DNA of 64,000 nt, taken from positions 9,052,001-9,116,000 of the forward strand of contig JBHGNT010000013.1 of assembly GCA_043228905.1 (NCBI GenBank), written 5' to 3'. The translations under genes and the position numbers were made by a program. Of the stretch, positions 36,396 to 49,499 are shown in pieces (the first letter of the stretch is position 1; each line of letters starts with the position of its first letter). The notes under the pieces were generated by a model that was given only the letters and a program-made list of their open reading frames with translations, was not told the origin of the DNA and did no database searches. Source of the stretch: Azolla caroliniana. Taxonomy: Eukaryota; Plantae; Polypodiophyta.

Positions 36396-38312
36396 TGGTC
36401 CAAACCATCCAATTCTCTTGGGGTTACCATGGTTCGAACTATAGAACCCAGACATAGATTAGAGAACAAGAGAAATCTGAGGATCTACTCATAGGATTGC
36501 AACCATTTCGCTACGTCAATTGCGTGAGGAAGGACGCAAGGAAGCAATGTTTGTCTTCGCAATATTAGTAAAACCTTCTGACACCACTAAAGAGGAATCC
36601 ACAGTTCAACTTCTAGAGAAGTATCGTCATTATGTCGATGTGTTCGATAAGGCACAAGCCAATACGCTTCCTCACCACCAACTGTATGATTGCCCCATTG
36701 ATTTACCACTGGGAAAAGAGCCAGCATGGGGCCTGATCTACAACTTGTCACCAACAGAGCTAGAAGTCCTTCGAGCCTATATAGCGGAGAATTTGGGAAA
36801 CAGTTTTATTCGACATTCGAAATCTCCAGCTGGTGCACCAATTTTCTTTGTCAAGAAAAAGGATGGATCACTTCATCTTGTTGTAGATTATCGTGGCTTG
36901 AATAAGGTCACCATCAGGAATAGGTATGCACTCCCCCTTATCTCAAGTCTTTTAGGACGAATCAATGGTGCAAGTTTCTTCACAAAGATCGATTGCAAGC
37001 AACGCGGGTTTTCGATATGCCATTGGATTCCCACATTATCGATACCATACATGCGAACTTGAAGACAGATGCTTTCGCTTAAGCCATTCTAGCACAAATT
37101 GACCCCTCTCGGGCATCTTGTTCACAGTCGCAACTAAAATGGTAGATTTAGTACAATGATCATTTTGGTGGCCTCATATGCAACGATTTGTCAAAGATTA
37201 TGTTCGAACATGTGATACATGTTGTAGAGCAAAGATGCCAAGACACCATCCATATGGTTTATTGGAACCATTACCAATTCCAGGCAAGCCTGTGGCAATC
37301 CATTTGTCTAGATTTCATCACAGTTTCTTTAGAACAGATTAATGGTGCAAGGTTCTTCACAAAGATCGACTTACGAGGATCATATAACCTCGTATGGATC
37401 CAACCAGGAGATGAATGGAAGACCGCGTTTTGCACGAGATATGGGCACTTCAAGTCTACAGTCATTCGGTCTCACTAATGCACCAACAGTCTTCTAGCAC
37501 ATGACAAATGATATTTTCCGAGATCTCTTGGATGTTTGTTTGATTGTCTATTTGGATGATCTACTGGTTTATTTGAAGACCCAAGAAGAGCATGATTCCT
37601 ATGTACTATTATTACTAAAACGACTTTGAGAACATGATCTTTATGCAAAACTAGAAAAATGTAGTTCCGAGTGCAACCAGGTGCAATTTCTGGGCTTACC
37701 AAGAAGAGGCAGTCGTTTGTTTGTTCTAAAGAAGCGGACATGGCTTTTGAGAGTCTTAAGAAGTCATTCATCTCAGCTCCTATTCTAGCTCATGTTGATC
37801 CGGCAAAACCTTTCATCATTGAGGCAGACGCATTGGATTTCGCCTTGGGGAGCATTCTGTCACAACAAGGCGATGATGAAAAACTACATCCTTTGGCTTT
37901 GCACTCAAGCAAGTTTCACGCTGCCAAATTCAACTATGAAATTCATGATAAAGAGCTACTAGCAATAGTGGACTCTTTTACACAATGGAGGCATTTTCTA
38001 GAGGGATCTTCTCATCAAGTCACTGTATTCAGTCAGCACAAAAAATTTGCCTACTTCGAGAATGCTCATGTATTAAATCGACGTCAAGCTCGGTGGGCCC
38101 AATTCCTCACTTGTTTCGACTTCAAAATTATATATCATCTGGGAAAGCAGCAAGGGAAGGCAAATCTGTTATCACGGGGCTCGTATCTAGCACCACGTCC
38201 CGGTGAGCCAACATTTGATAACCAAAAGCAAGTAATCCTGGGACCGGCATGATTGCAAGCAACACGAGTTTTCGATATGCCATTGGATTCCCACATTATC
38301 GATACCATACGT

Positions 38313-39771
38313 TGTTGTAGTGTATTTCGTACACTACGTGAAAAACATATATAATACCCGATTTAATAAATATGAAGAAAACGAAGAAAATATGAGAATA
38401 CATGTTACATGCATAGGGCAAGATTAGAACCTTGTACCTCCATGTAAACAAACCCCAAACCTCACCATTTGGATTTAATAGATATAAGAGTTATATTTAT
38501 GCCTATTTTTATAAAAAGTAACCCATGCACATTTAGAGTGTGTAAAAACTTTATTTAGAAGGAAAACGCAAAGAAAGAAAAAGTTACTCATGCATGTCTA
38601 GAGTGCATGAGCTATATATTTAGAAATTAAAAGCATGGTAGAAAAAGCTATTCAGGGACATCTAGTGTGCATGAACACGTTAGAAAAGCATTATGCTATG
38701 TTTAGCCTCTTGCATCACTATATAACGAAGAGAGAAAGATGTATATGGTTGTTGATTTTTTATAATGGTTAATTAATATATTATATTCGTGGGATTCACG
38801 ATTTTGCCATCTATTTATCTCTTGCAATCTAAATTCATATTCTTTCCTAAACATTAATTAATACACTATACTCGTGGTATTCACGAGTTTCATATCTTTC
38901 TTTCTTATAATCTATTCATATTCATAACTAAACTTGTCTAAAATTCTTCCTCCTCCTAGTCCAAAACCCCAATTGTTCCCACCCGACTCATGCAACGATC
39001 CGGTGCTGAAAGGCACAATACAATTGGTGAACTCAACGTGAAGACGGGTTGCAAGGAGATGGAGAATCAACAAGAGGTGATGAACATGATGATGATGATG
39101 TTCAAGCAGATGCTACAAGAACAATGAGCGATATCGGTGATCACGATGGCAGTAAAGCGTCTTGTACAACGAAATAGACAATTCAACAAAAAGGATGCGT
39201 CACGCTATCTACGTGACTACAAGGCGGAGATGATGCGATGTGGGATACCAGAAGGATTGCAAGTGATATCCTTCAATCGGGTAGCCACAAATGAGTTACA
39301 AGAGAGAATCTACAAGATACAACAACAAAATCCAACATGGGGGTCCTTTAAAGAAGCTTTACAAGAGGCATATGATTATGAGGACCGTAGAGACGAGATC
39401 AACGCGAGTTTGACTAGTGGGTGGCATCAACGAAGACCCACCAAAGGGCAACACAAACATTCCTAGAGTTTGAGCATTGTTTTGCTCAACTCTCGGTGCG
39501 GGAACAACGATTGGTGGTGATGGATAAAGGCCTAATGTTCATAAGATCGATCGATTGGAAAGAAAGGATGGACATCCGGATCGAACTCGAAGATGATGAC
39601 GGTGCAAATGGCCTTACCAAGGATTGGGCTGAAGTTGAAAGAGTATGCCGAAGATATGATAAGAGGAAGACGAGAATATCGTCGAGAACAAATGGCTTAT
39701 TCGGGAGGATCGATTAAGGATGAACGATGTGGCTGATATGAAGGCCGAAGTACGATTCAACGGTACCACAA
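38313..39771 (+). mobile_element. 5' part of an LTR retrotransposon with a tRNA-Trp-like PBS (LTR plus gag relic)
   Basis: LTR ~38313-39022 ending TACA; PBS TGGTGAACTCAACGTGA at 39025-39041; gag-like ORFs 39137-39717. Confidence 0.7.
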
Positions 39772-41283
39772 TGTTGTCCATAGGCCAGAAATATAAATAC
39801 ATAATATGTAAACTCACCGGTAGGTAGAAAAGTAGGTGAGGAAATAGGTAGAACTAGAATAGTCGAGTTTTTTAGCCCTCACAATCAGCCAATGGCTTGG
39901 CTCTGTCTAAAGAAGAAAACTATATAAACCAAGATCTGCATACCTCGAGGGGGGGATATACCTAGATTATTTAGCAGGATTAATATCGTAGCCCTGAGCT
40001 TTGCATAAACTGTGTCCGGCCGAGAGCCGTGTACTGTAATCACTGTGAGCTTTCTCATTTAATATAAATCTCGTTCTTAGTGTTCCTTCATTTGTGTATT
40101 CTCCCCATACTCGTAAACCGATCTACATCAATGTCTAATGGGTTGTAGCCCGTGTATGCTCCTCGTTCCCATAACATCTTCTCGGTGTAGAAGAGACCTC
40201 CACATAACATGACCCCTTGATACTGATAGCATGTGGGCTCATCGAAGGTGTTTGCCCCGGAAACAGTTAACACAATTTGGCACGTCCGGTTACAGCTGTA
40301 AGGTCACAACGAACTACGTAGGAGGCAAACCTTAGCCGCCATTACGGCGCCGAATCGCATCACGCGGTCTTGGCCACCTGCCCAACGCCCAGAGCCAGTC
40401 GATGGAACTTCTGACTCGGCAGTCAATGACCAATCTTTCCAAGAACTATCGGAGGCTCACTGATTGCAATCCTCGCCACCCGATACCCAGTCGCGAGTGA
40501 ATTCCGCACCGATCTCCCTGCCAAGCCATCGAGAGGTCACCCAACCTGACCCTAACCCTTTTCCGGCTTTACCTGAAGATCCGGATCTCGATAGCATGTC
40601 TTACCCTTATCCACGATATATAGACGGCCCTGACGCGGAATCATACACCTGTGCTTTGATGTCCACATGGCAGGCCAACCACTCGACGCAGCGATTATCG
40701 ATTGCCAAAATCGAGTCCTCCAAAATCGCGGAATTTTCTCTATTCCTCGATGGTTTAGCTGCTCGATGGTATTCCCACCTCGACATGGGGAAGGTCACAA
40801 CGTTCCAAGAAGTTCGAACAAAGTTTCTAGAACTATTTCACCACGAAGTTCCGAAGCGCAAATTGCTTCGGTAGTTCTTTTCCATGAGCCAAGAACCTCA
40901 CGAGACGATCGCCCAGTTCACGATCGGTTTCAGGATCTCTATCGACAACTGGCCGACGATGTCTCCGCGCATCACATTCCGGATACCTTCCTTTCCAGCC
41001 TACGGGAGCCTTTATGGATGACTTCGCACTTAGAAATTTCTCTTACTAGACAATTGAGCAAGTCATCACACGCGTCCTTGCCATCGATCGGACACAGCAT
41101 AGCACGACTTTCTCCATGGGCTCTTTGCAAAGCACCCTTCCTCAGGACGACAATCGGTTCCGACAAGCCCTCCAATGCACAACTTGCTCAGGCTCGGGCC
41201 ATCAGGCTCTCGAGTGCCCTCGCCGGCCACATTGTCTAATCTGTGTAAACGTAAGTGTTTGTGGAAGCGTAAAACAGAGAACA

Positions 41284-41324
<41 letters not shown>

Positions 41325-41964
41325 CAGAGAGAGCAGAACGCTATTTCAAAATTATATCAAGACTCTGTACCTACACACTGTGCTAAGTAGCACTATTTAT
41401 ACAAGTCCTCTTGGGACTGACAGAAGTACCATGTACTTCAATGCTCACACGAGCATCTGACACTTACTACGAGACTATAGATACCTAGTAGTCTATGCTA
41501 TTCTAGGCTTCCGATTGGACTGCCGGTTACGGATTGCACCCGGCCTCCATTGCTTGCCGGTTCGGTTGCTCACCGTCATACCGATCCGTTTCGCCCGATC
41601 CGTCTCGCTTACCGGCTCCGGCTTATTCAACCGATCTGGCTCCGATTGAGCTTGCCGCTCAACACTCCCCCTCAAGCTCAATCTGAGGTGGGGTCGTAGT
41701 GTCGACCTCTGTGGCAGTCAGTTCTTTCAACCGACTTCTCCTGGCATCACTCCGCCTTGCTCGCGCTCCTCGTCCGGTCCGGTCCCGTTTGCCGCGACCC
41801 CTTTGGTTCTGCGCGGCTCGACCCTCTCGGTCGGCATGTCTGCTCAATAGGCCCATCTCAGCAGTCACGTTGCTGTGACTCCGTTGGTTTTCCCACGATG
41901 GCATCGACTTCCGCTGTGTCTGTGTCCCCTTGGCCTTCAGTCTATTCGACTCATCCGGGTCCAT

Positions 41965-44900
41965 CTATTGATCCGAGTCAGCTGTCTCCGACTCGTTCCA
42001 GCTCTTGTCCGAATCGGTACACTCCGATTCGACTTCCGGCTTCAGGCCTCTCACCACATTGGACCACTTCCGAGTCTTGGCCTTCTCCATGCTTCCCTCG
42101 GCTTCTTCAGCCGGTGAACCGAAATCGAATTCTCCATTCGACTCCGCATCATGGTCAGTACCATCGTGATGACCTCCGCACAGCATGCACTTCTCTTCCT
42201 GAGTGCACAACTCTTCTTCACAGCCGCTTGCTCCGACCTGTTCGGATGTGTCGACTTCCTTCGTCGACTCGGCTTCCTTCATCTTCTTGTCTCCTCTTCT
42301 TCCGGCTCTCCTCTTACCGACGGGTTCAACAGTTTTTTTGCCTTTGCCCGTTTCGATAGGGACTTCGCCCTTGCTTCTCCCCCTCAAGTGCGGCACGTCG
42401 AGATGCTGAATACCAAGCATGTCGGTAAAGTGTTGCAACTTGTCCGATCCGAGCGGCTTGGTGAAGATGTCGGCAACTTGCCGATCCGTATGAACATACC
42501 GTAGGTCAACTTCACCGCTCAAGACCCGTTCACGCACGAAGTGGTAGTGCACCTCGATGTGCTTTGTGCGAGCATGGAACACAGGGTTCCTGGCGAGCTG
42601 CAGGCTGCTCATGTTATCGCAGTAAATCGGGATCGGGGTCGGCACCTCGATCTGCAAGTCTCGCAGCAGTCGCCGAAGCCAGATGGCTTCACAAGTGGCA
42701 ACGGTAGCGGCCCGGTACTCAGCCTCAGTGCTTGACAAAGCCATTGTGGGCTGCTTCTTGCTGCTCCACGCAACGACCGCGCTACCTATGGAGAACATGT
42801 ATCCAGAAGTGGAGCGGCGATCCGGCGCATCGCCGGCCCAGTCAGCATCAGTGTAACCGACAAGCTCTTCGGGTATACCTCGCCGGTATAGCAGTCCCCG
42901 ATCCTTAGTGCCGCTGACATACCGTAATATTCTTTGCGCGCATTGAAGGTGCTCCACAGTGGGCTTCTGCATGAACTGACTTACCATGCCGACCGGATAG
43001 CTGATGTCGGGTCGGGTGATGGTTAAGTAGATCAGGCTTCCGACAACCTGTCGGAACCGTTTCTCATTGTAGGCCGGTCCGGAGTTGGGACGGAGCTTCT
43101 GGTTCCGGTCCAGGGGTGTGGAGACAGGTCGGCAATCCGTCATGCCGAACTTATACAACATATTCAACACGTAATGTCGTTGTGAGAGCAATATGCCGTC
43201 GGGGGTCCGGATCACTTCGATCCCAAGAAAATAATGAAGGTCCCCAGGTCCTTCATTTCGAATGCGTCCGACAACTGGGACTTGACGCGGTTGATTTCGG
43301 GAAGACCCGGTCCGGTGATGACTAAATCATCCACATACAAGAGTATACATACCGGACTGTCAGAGCCTTGCCGGATGAACAACGAAGAGTCTGACTTAGA
43401 GACAGCAAACCCGAGCTTACGCAACCGGTGCGTGATCTTTGCGTTCCAGGCTCGGGGGGCTTGCTTCAAGCCGTAAAGCGACTTCTTCAGTCGGCATACC
43501 GCCGACTCGTTCATCTCCGATTGAAATCCGGGGGGCTGAGTCATAAAGACTTCTTCTTCAAGCTCTCCTTGAAGGAAGGCATTCTTCACATCCATCTGGT
43601 GAAGATGCCACCCCCTTGCCACAGCAACCGCCAGTACCACACGAACCGTCGTCATCTTCGCCACAGGAGCGAAGGTCTCGTCGTAGTCGATTCCGTGGGT
43701 CTGCGCATATCCCTTCGCCACTAACCGGGCTTTGTACCGGTTAACAGAACCTTCGGCGTTGTACTTGACCTTGTACACTCACTTGCATCCGATCGGTTTA
43801 CAATGACGGGGAGGATCAACTAGGTCCCAAGTTTCGTTGGCATCGAGTGCCCACATTTCTTCGTCCATAGCGGCACGCCAATTTGCGTCCCTTGCCGCTT
43901 CTGCGTAGCTCTCCGGCTCACGCACTTCTGTCACCTTAGTCATGTACGCATAATAATGCGCCATATATTCATTGTACCCATACCGCACGACGGGATCCTT
44001 CTGACAGGTTGATCGGCGCAACGCACCGTCACCTGATTTGAGGCCCTTCTTGGCCAGTTCGGTCTTTGTTACCGAAGATTTGCCTTTCTCCTTTCCGGAG
44101 TCGGATACGCACCGATCCGACTCATCGTTGCCGGTTTCGAATTCCGGCATCTTCCTCTTCCCCTTCTCTTTGCGCGTGAACCGTTTCCTCGGTTCCTTGC
44201 GCGGGGGGAGCACGGCAGAGTCTCCACCACTTGCCGTCTCTTCATCCGACTCAGTCGCTCGTTCGGTCCACTCAACCGAAACGATTCCGGACTCTCATCT
44301 TGAGTCCCGGCTTCATCATCCTCTTCTAAGGCTAATTCAGGCTCACTGGCCTGATCTTCCGGCATTGGGTCGGGATCGGAAGTCGGAGTCGGTACGGAGT
44401 ACCAGGATGCCGATTCGTCGAACTCGACATCCCGGCTAACTCGGACTTCCTTCGTCCGGGGGTTATAGCACTTATACCCCTTTTGCTCTTGAGCATAGCC
44501 GACTAGGATGCATTTTTCCGATTTTGCATCCAGCTTCCTCCACTTCTAATCCGGCACATGCACATACGCTATGCTGCCGAATATCCGAAGGTGTCTTTGT
44601 TGGGATTACGGTCCCTCCGGATGGGATGGTCAGATGTCCGGGAATCGGGAATGAAGACCCGGTTTCGGAGCCGGATGATGAAGACCCCGGCTACGGAGCC
44701 GGATGACAAATGTACCCGGAGAGAGATTCGGATGTGGGGACATATTTGTGAATATGTTTGCCAAGGGCCCTCGAGGCTATATTTGTAAATAGCCCGAAAG
44801 TCATATGTTGTATAAATATGACTTAGGGCAAACAGTTTTGTAGTTGTTGCTCATTTTTTCTGTTTTCCACTTAGAGGGAGCGAAGTGAGAGCAGCCGAGA

Positions 44901-47174
44901 GAGAGAGAGAGAGAGAAAGGAAGAGGTCGACGCCTTTGTGTAATACCGCCGCCTGTGGCGAGGACAGCGAGCTCAAGGTCGTCGCCTTGTAGCTCGCCAT
45001 TGTACATTCTCTGTGTTTTTTGATTTACTTCTGCATTGATTCGTGTTTCCTCGGTTGTGGCCGAGAGGTAAAGTTTTTGGTCGATTTCCCAACAGTCTTA
45101 AGTTCGGCTTGCGCCCGAAATACAGCTCATGAGCTGACACCTTGTCACCAATGCGGTTTTGTATGTAGACGGCCGTCTTGACCGCCTCTGCCCAGTAGAA
45201 CCGGGGCATGCTCTTGTCCTCCGACATTGTCCTTGCCGCTTTGACGAGTGTCCGGTTCTTCCTTTCAGCCACACCGTTTTGCTCCGGTATGTATCTGCAG
45301 CTGAACTCTCGCCGAATTCCCTTCTGCTGCAGATAACTAGTGAATTGGCTAGAAAAATATTCCTTTCCGCCATCCGACCGAAGGCATTTGATCTTCCTCT
45401 CCGATTCCCGTTCCACCATCTTCTGGAGGCTCCGGAAACAGTCGAAGACTTCGCTCTTCCGCTCAATGAGGTAGATCCAAGTATGTCGAGTATAGTCGTC
45501 GATGAAGGAGACAAAGTACCGGCTCCCGCCAAGGCTTACACTTTGTGCCGGTCCCCACACATCTGAATGGATGAGATCGAGCTTGTTACGACTCCGGTTC
45601 CGTTCGGTGGGGAATGGAAGCCGGTGTTGCTTCCCAAGTTGGCAGGCTTCACAAATTTCGGCTCTTCGGCCGCTGAACTTTGGCAAACCGAAAACGACTT
45701 GTTTCGTTTGCAGGTCTTGAAGCCTCCGGTAGTTGACGTGGCCTATCCACTTGTGCCATAGGTCGATGTCCGACTCGACCTTCTGTCGTTTCGCGAACAG
45801 AGCGGTGCCAATGTCATTGGTGTTGAGGATAAACATCCTCCCGTCTCTGCGCCCTTGCGCAATGACTTCGCCCTCATCCTCAATGAAGCACTCGAGGTGC
45901 GTAAACAGCACCTGCATCCCCTGGTCGACAATCTGACCGACGGACACCAGGTTCTTCGTGATCGTCGGAACGTGTAATACGTTCATTAGCTTCCCTTTCT
46001 GTCCGACGTGGCTTAGAGGGACTTCTCTGACGTGCACGATTGGGTGTGGAGTGTCGTCTCCGGTTTCGACTACTCTTGGTTGATCCGGTTTCTCTAGAAA
46101 GGAGAACCACTCTTTGTGGCTCGTGATGTGGTTCGACGCGCCGGAATCAACATACCACACTTCCTCCGTTTTGGAAGTGGTCTTCTTCATTGAGTTTGCC
46201 TTGTGATTCATCACCAAGGTTGGCCCCTTACCGGCCTTTCCAGTTCCGGATCCTCCTGATCTGTTTGCGTAGTGCGAGTTTTGCCGGCCATCCTTACCGG
46301 TCTTGCCGGATCCGGATTTGTCCGAATCGGCACGCTTTCTCCAGCACTCGCTTTCCTTGTGGCCTTTTCTGCCACAGTACCAGCATTCCGTAGCGGATTT
46401 GTCTTGCCGGCCTCCGGCACCACCTTGACTACCCCTGCTAGTGGAAGTCCCGGAATTGCTGTCGGCACACTCATAGTGCCTCCGTTCCTGCTCTTGTCGG
46501 CCGCCTCCATTGCGTGCCGACCCACCTCTTCCACCACGCTCACAGTGCCGATCCGTTCCCGTGTACAGCATTCGGTTGTCCGGGGATGCACTGGTAGATG
46601 CACCGGCGTGGTTCTCCTCTACAAGGAGCATCGACTGTAAGTCGAAGAATGAGGGGGTATTCTCCCTTGTACACACCGCAGTTCGGAACGCTCCGAACTT
46701 GGACGCCAGGCCTCCGAGACATACCTGCACCATCTCGGCTTCCTCTAAGGTAACATTGATAGAGGCGAGTGAGTCGCAAATCTCCTTTATCCGGCCCGTG
46801 TAGTCTGCCACGGACATGTTCTTCTGTCGAACATTGCTCAACTCCTGTCTGAGTTGCAGCTTCCGGGCAGTGGTGCTTGCGGCGAAAACCTTTTTCAGGT
46901 TCCCCCAAGCATCCTTCGGTGTCTTCACGTCACGGATGTGGCTGAGCAGCTGATCGCCGACACTAGATGCGAAGCAGTACATCACCCTGCTTGCTGCCTG
47001 TTCCCATCCCGGGAAGTCCTTGTGTGCCGAGTCTGGCACCGCATCATTCGCTCCTTCGACATAACTCCAATACCCGTGTCCAAGCACATACTGGTGCATC
47101 TTGTAAGACCAGGATGCGTAGTTGCTCCTGTCGAGCTTTTCCACCGGGAGCGACGTAGCCATGCCTCTATCCAT
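41965..47174 (-). pseudogene. Copia gag-pol polyprotein (interrupted)
   Basis: CWYCGRKGHKESEC knuckle, WYVDSGAS, GAG-pre-integrase HxxxGH...CEAC, integrase SDGG...EQNGVAER, RT YVDD, RNase H YTDADWA. Broken by a solo LTR, a stop and frameshifts. Confidence 0.93.
44598..45094. mobile_element. Solo LTR (TGTTGGGA family) in the copia integrase
   Basis: TGTTGGGA...TCCCAACA inverted ends; TSD GTCTT/GTCTT. Confidence 0.93.
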
Positions 47175-49365
47175 GTCTTCTACTGTGTCTGTTTTCGACC
47201 TGTTAGGGTTTTCTTCTCAAGAGTAAATGTCTGCAGCAGAGGTTCTCAACCCTCGCGCTCTGATACCATGTAAACGTAAGTGTTTGCGGAAGCGTAAAAC
47301 AGAGAACAACACACAAAGAGAGAGAGAGAGAGAGCGAGAGAGACAGAGAGAGCAGAACGCTCTTTCAAAATTATATCAAGACTCTGTACCTACACACTGT
47401 GCTAAGTAGCACTATTTATACAAGTCCTCTTGGGACTGACAGAAGTACCATGTACTTCAATGCTCACACGAGCATCTGACACTTACTACGAGACTATAGA
47501 TACCTAGTAGTCTATCCTATTCTAGGCTTCCGATTGGACTGCCAGTTACGGATTGCACCTAGCCTCCACTGCTTGCCGGTTCGGTTGCTCACCGTCATAC
47601 CGATCCGTTTCGCCCGATCCGTCTCGCTTACCGGCTCCAGCTTATTTAGTCGATCCGGCTCCGGTTGAGCTTGCCGCTCAACAATCTGTTAGTCCCGATC
47701 TCACACGATTGAATAATGTGAATACAACATGCGCAACCGCACAACGACGGCTCCGATTCACCAGATTGAGCCACACAATACCTACTCACGGCAAGACGAA
47801 CGTCAATCATACCGACATCGGGATAATGATTGACCACGATCCCCAGATTGTCAGCACCACGACAACGACGACCGCCGCGACGACGACAGCTATCGCCACG
47901 ACAACCGCAGGACATCGGACGACCGCCGTGACTAATACCGCGATGACGAATATAGAGCAAACGGCAAGTATGACTGGTACGACGATGATCAGGAGGACTG
48001 GTACGATCAGCGGTATTCACGAAACGATAGAAGAAACTCTTACAGAGGTTCGTGGAACAATCGACGGCATAACGACACTCGTCGTCGGGACCCTCCAAAC
48101 GTACCGCACAACCCTCTTCCCCATAACGCACCATGGGCCACCACGCCTACACAAGCGACCGAGAACCGCTCACAACCTTTCCCACACACTAAGCACGGTG
48201 ACACTAGCAACTCGACATTCGTTACTAGCTTTAAGTGTAACCAACCCAGCCACTACGCTACCCAATGCCCAACCATGGACCGCAGCAAGGCCCCGACCGT
48301 GAATATTATTATGGTCGACATTCAACACTTCACTACACGCAACAAAACCCAAGCCATCCAATGGCAAGTACAAGATGGCGTCCGACAAGCAGCCAAGGAA
48401 TGGATTGACACCGCCAATAAAAGCAACGTGGAGCGAATGCACACAGAGATGCAGGACATGACCATCGGATCACCACAGCCCGTAGGACCATCCACCGCGG
48501 TAGAAGATGACCATCTGTGGGAAGCCCTTACCAGTTCTAGGATCTCCCTGCCATTGCATAAGCTTTTGCCGCTCATGCCGCGCTTTCGGGATACTTTGGC
48601 TACGCTCACAACTAACGACAAATCGGCCGCAACCCCTGTTAACCTGGTAGAGCCAAGGACGAGCCCACCCATCATGGATTCCCAAAATCTAGCCGTGAAA
48701 ATCATGATTAAAGGAGGCGACCTTCATGGATGCATAATTGACGGTGGCTCCGGCGTGAACGTCATCAGTGAGGCCACATGTCACACACTCGGTCTGAACC
48801 AATGGGAACCTTGCCCCTTTTGGCTTCGGATGGCCGATACGCGATCGGTTCGCCCCATAGGGTTAATCCACCATCTCGACTTCACGTTAGGAGGCCACAT
48901 GTTCATTATCTCGGCAGTCGTGTTACGCCTCGAAGCTCCAGGCGCCTACCCAATGCTGCTTGGCCGACCCTGGTTGCGCACAACAAATATTAAGCAACAT
49001 TGGCAGCGAAATATGATCTCTTTCCGTCGGGGGATCACTAAGGTACAGGTAATAATAGAAGAATGCCTAACCATGCCCCACAACACCACACCCTTATATG
49101 CGGAAGGGGTACACATGCTCGACGGGTTAGCCGACGAAGAGGAGGAGGACTTCCTGGAAGATCATCCCACTATCATACCCCTCTTCGAAATAAACGCCAT
49201 CTTGGCCTTCGGCACACCACCGGATGAGGATGTCACGGCAGATTCACTTCCCCAGGACGAGGCCGATTACACAACTATCGCGGAATTACGACAAGCTCGG
49301 GACACATTTGAACGAGAACTCGCCATCTCCCAGCGAGTCAAAGCATCAACACTAGAAACTTCCAA

Positions 49366-49499
49366 TGTTCAATCTACACTACATGAAGTTTTATTTAATA
49401 CAAGGATGCATAGGTAGCTCAATTGGTAGTGTTGCCCAATAGAGACCATGAGGTCTTGGGTTCAATTGGACTACCTTCCTTCGTGGCATGTCTATGACA
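49366..49499 (-). mobile_element. Fragment of a chromovirus-type LTR with the tRNA-like cassette
   Basis: TAGCTCAATTGGTAGTGTTGCCCAAT...GGGTTCAA...TGTCTATGACA matches 22856-22933. Confidence 0.75.

Larger units (their letters stand above)
33554..38312 (+). mobile_element. Ty3/gypsy chromovirus-type element, 5' portion, decayed and rearranged
   Basis: 5' LTR 33554-34688; gag (PKIGLPMKFDG...FRGFLNQV, LCLYCG), protease, RT (SPAGAPIFFVKKKDGS, EWKTAF) and RNase H (EADALDFALG, YEIHDKELLAIV). Confidence 0.88.
41244..47683 (-). mobile_element. Full-length Ty1/copia element, relatively young
   Basis: LTRs 41244-41664 and 47269-47683 (about 14 substitutions by eye); TSD ATCTG/ATCTG; PBS TGGTATCAGAGC at 47257-47268; PPT at 41665-41677. 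Confidence 0.96.
39772..49365 (+). mobile_element. 5' part of a tRNA-Arg-primed Ty3/gypsy element (LTR, gag, protease), interrupted by a copia element
   Basis: LTR 39772-40274; PBS TGGCACGTCCGGT at 40278-40290; gag 40464-41243 with CTTCSGSGHQALEC knuckle resuming at 47684; protease IIDGGSGVNVI...MLLGRPWL (48275-49417). Confidence 0.85.
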
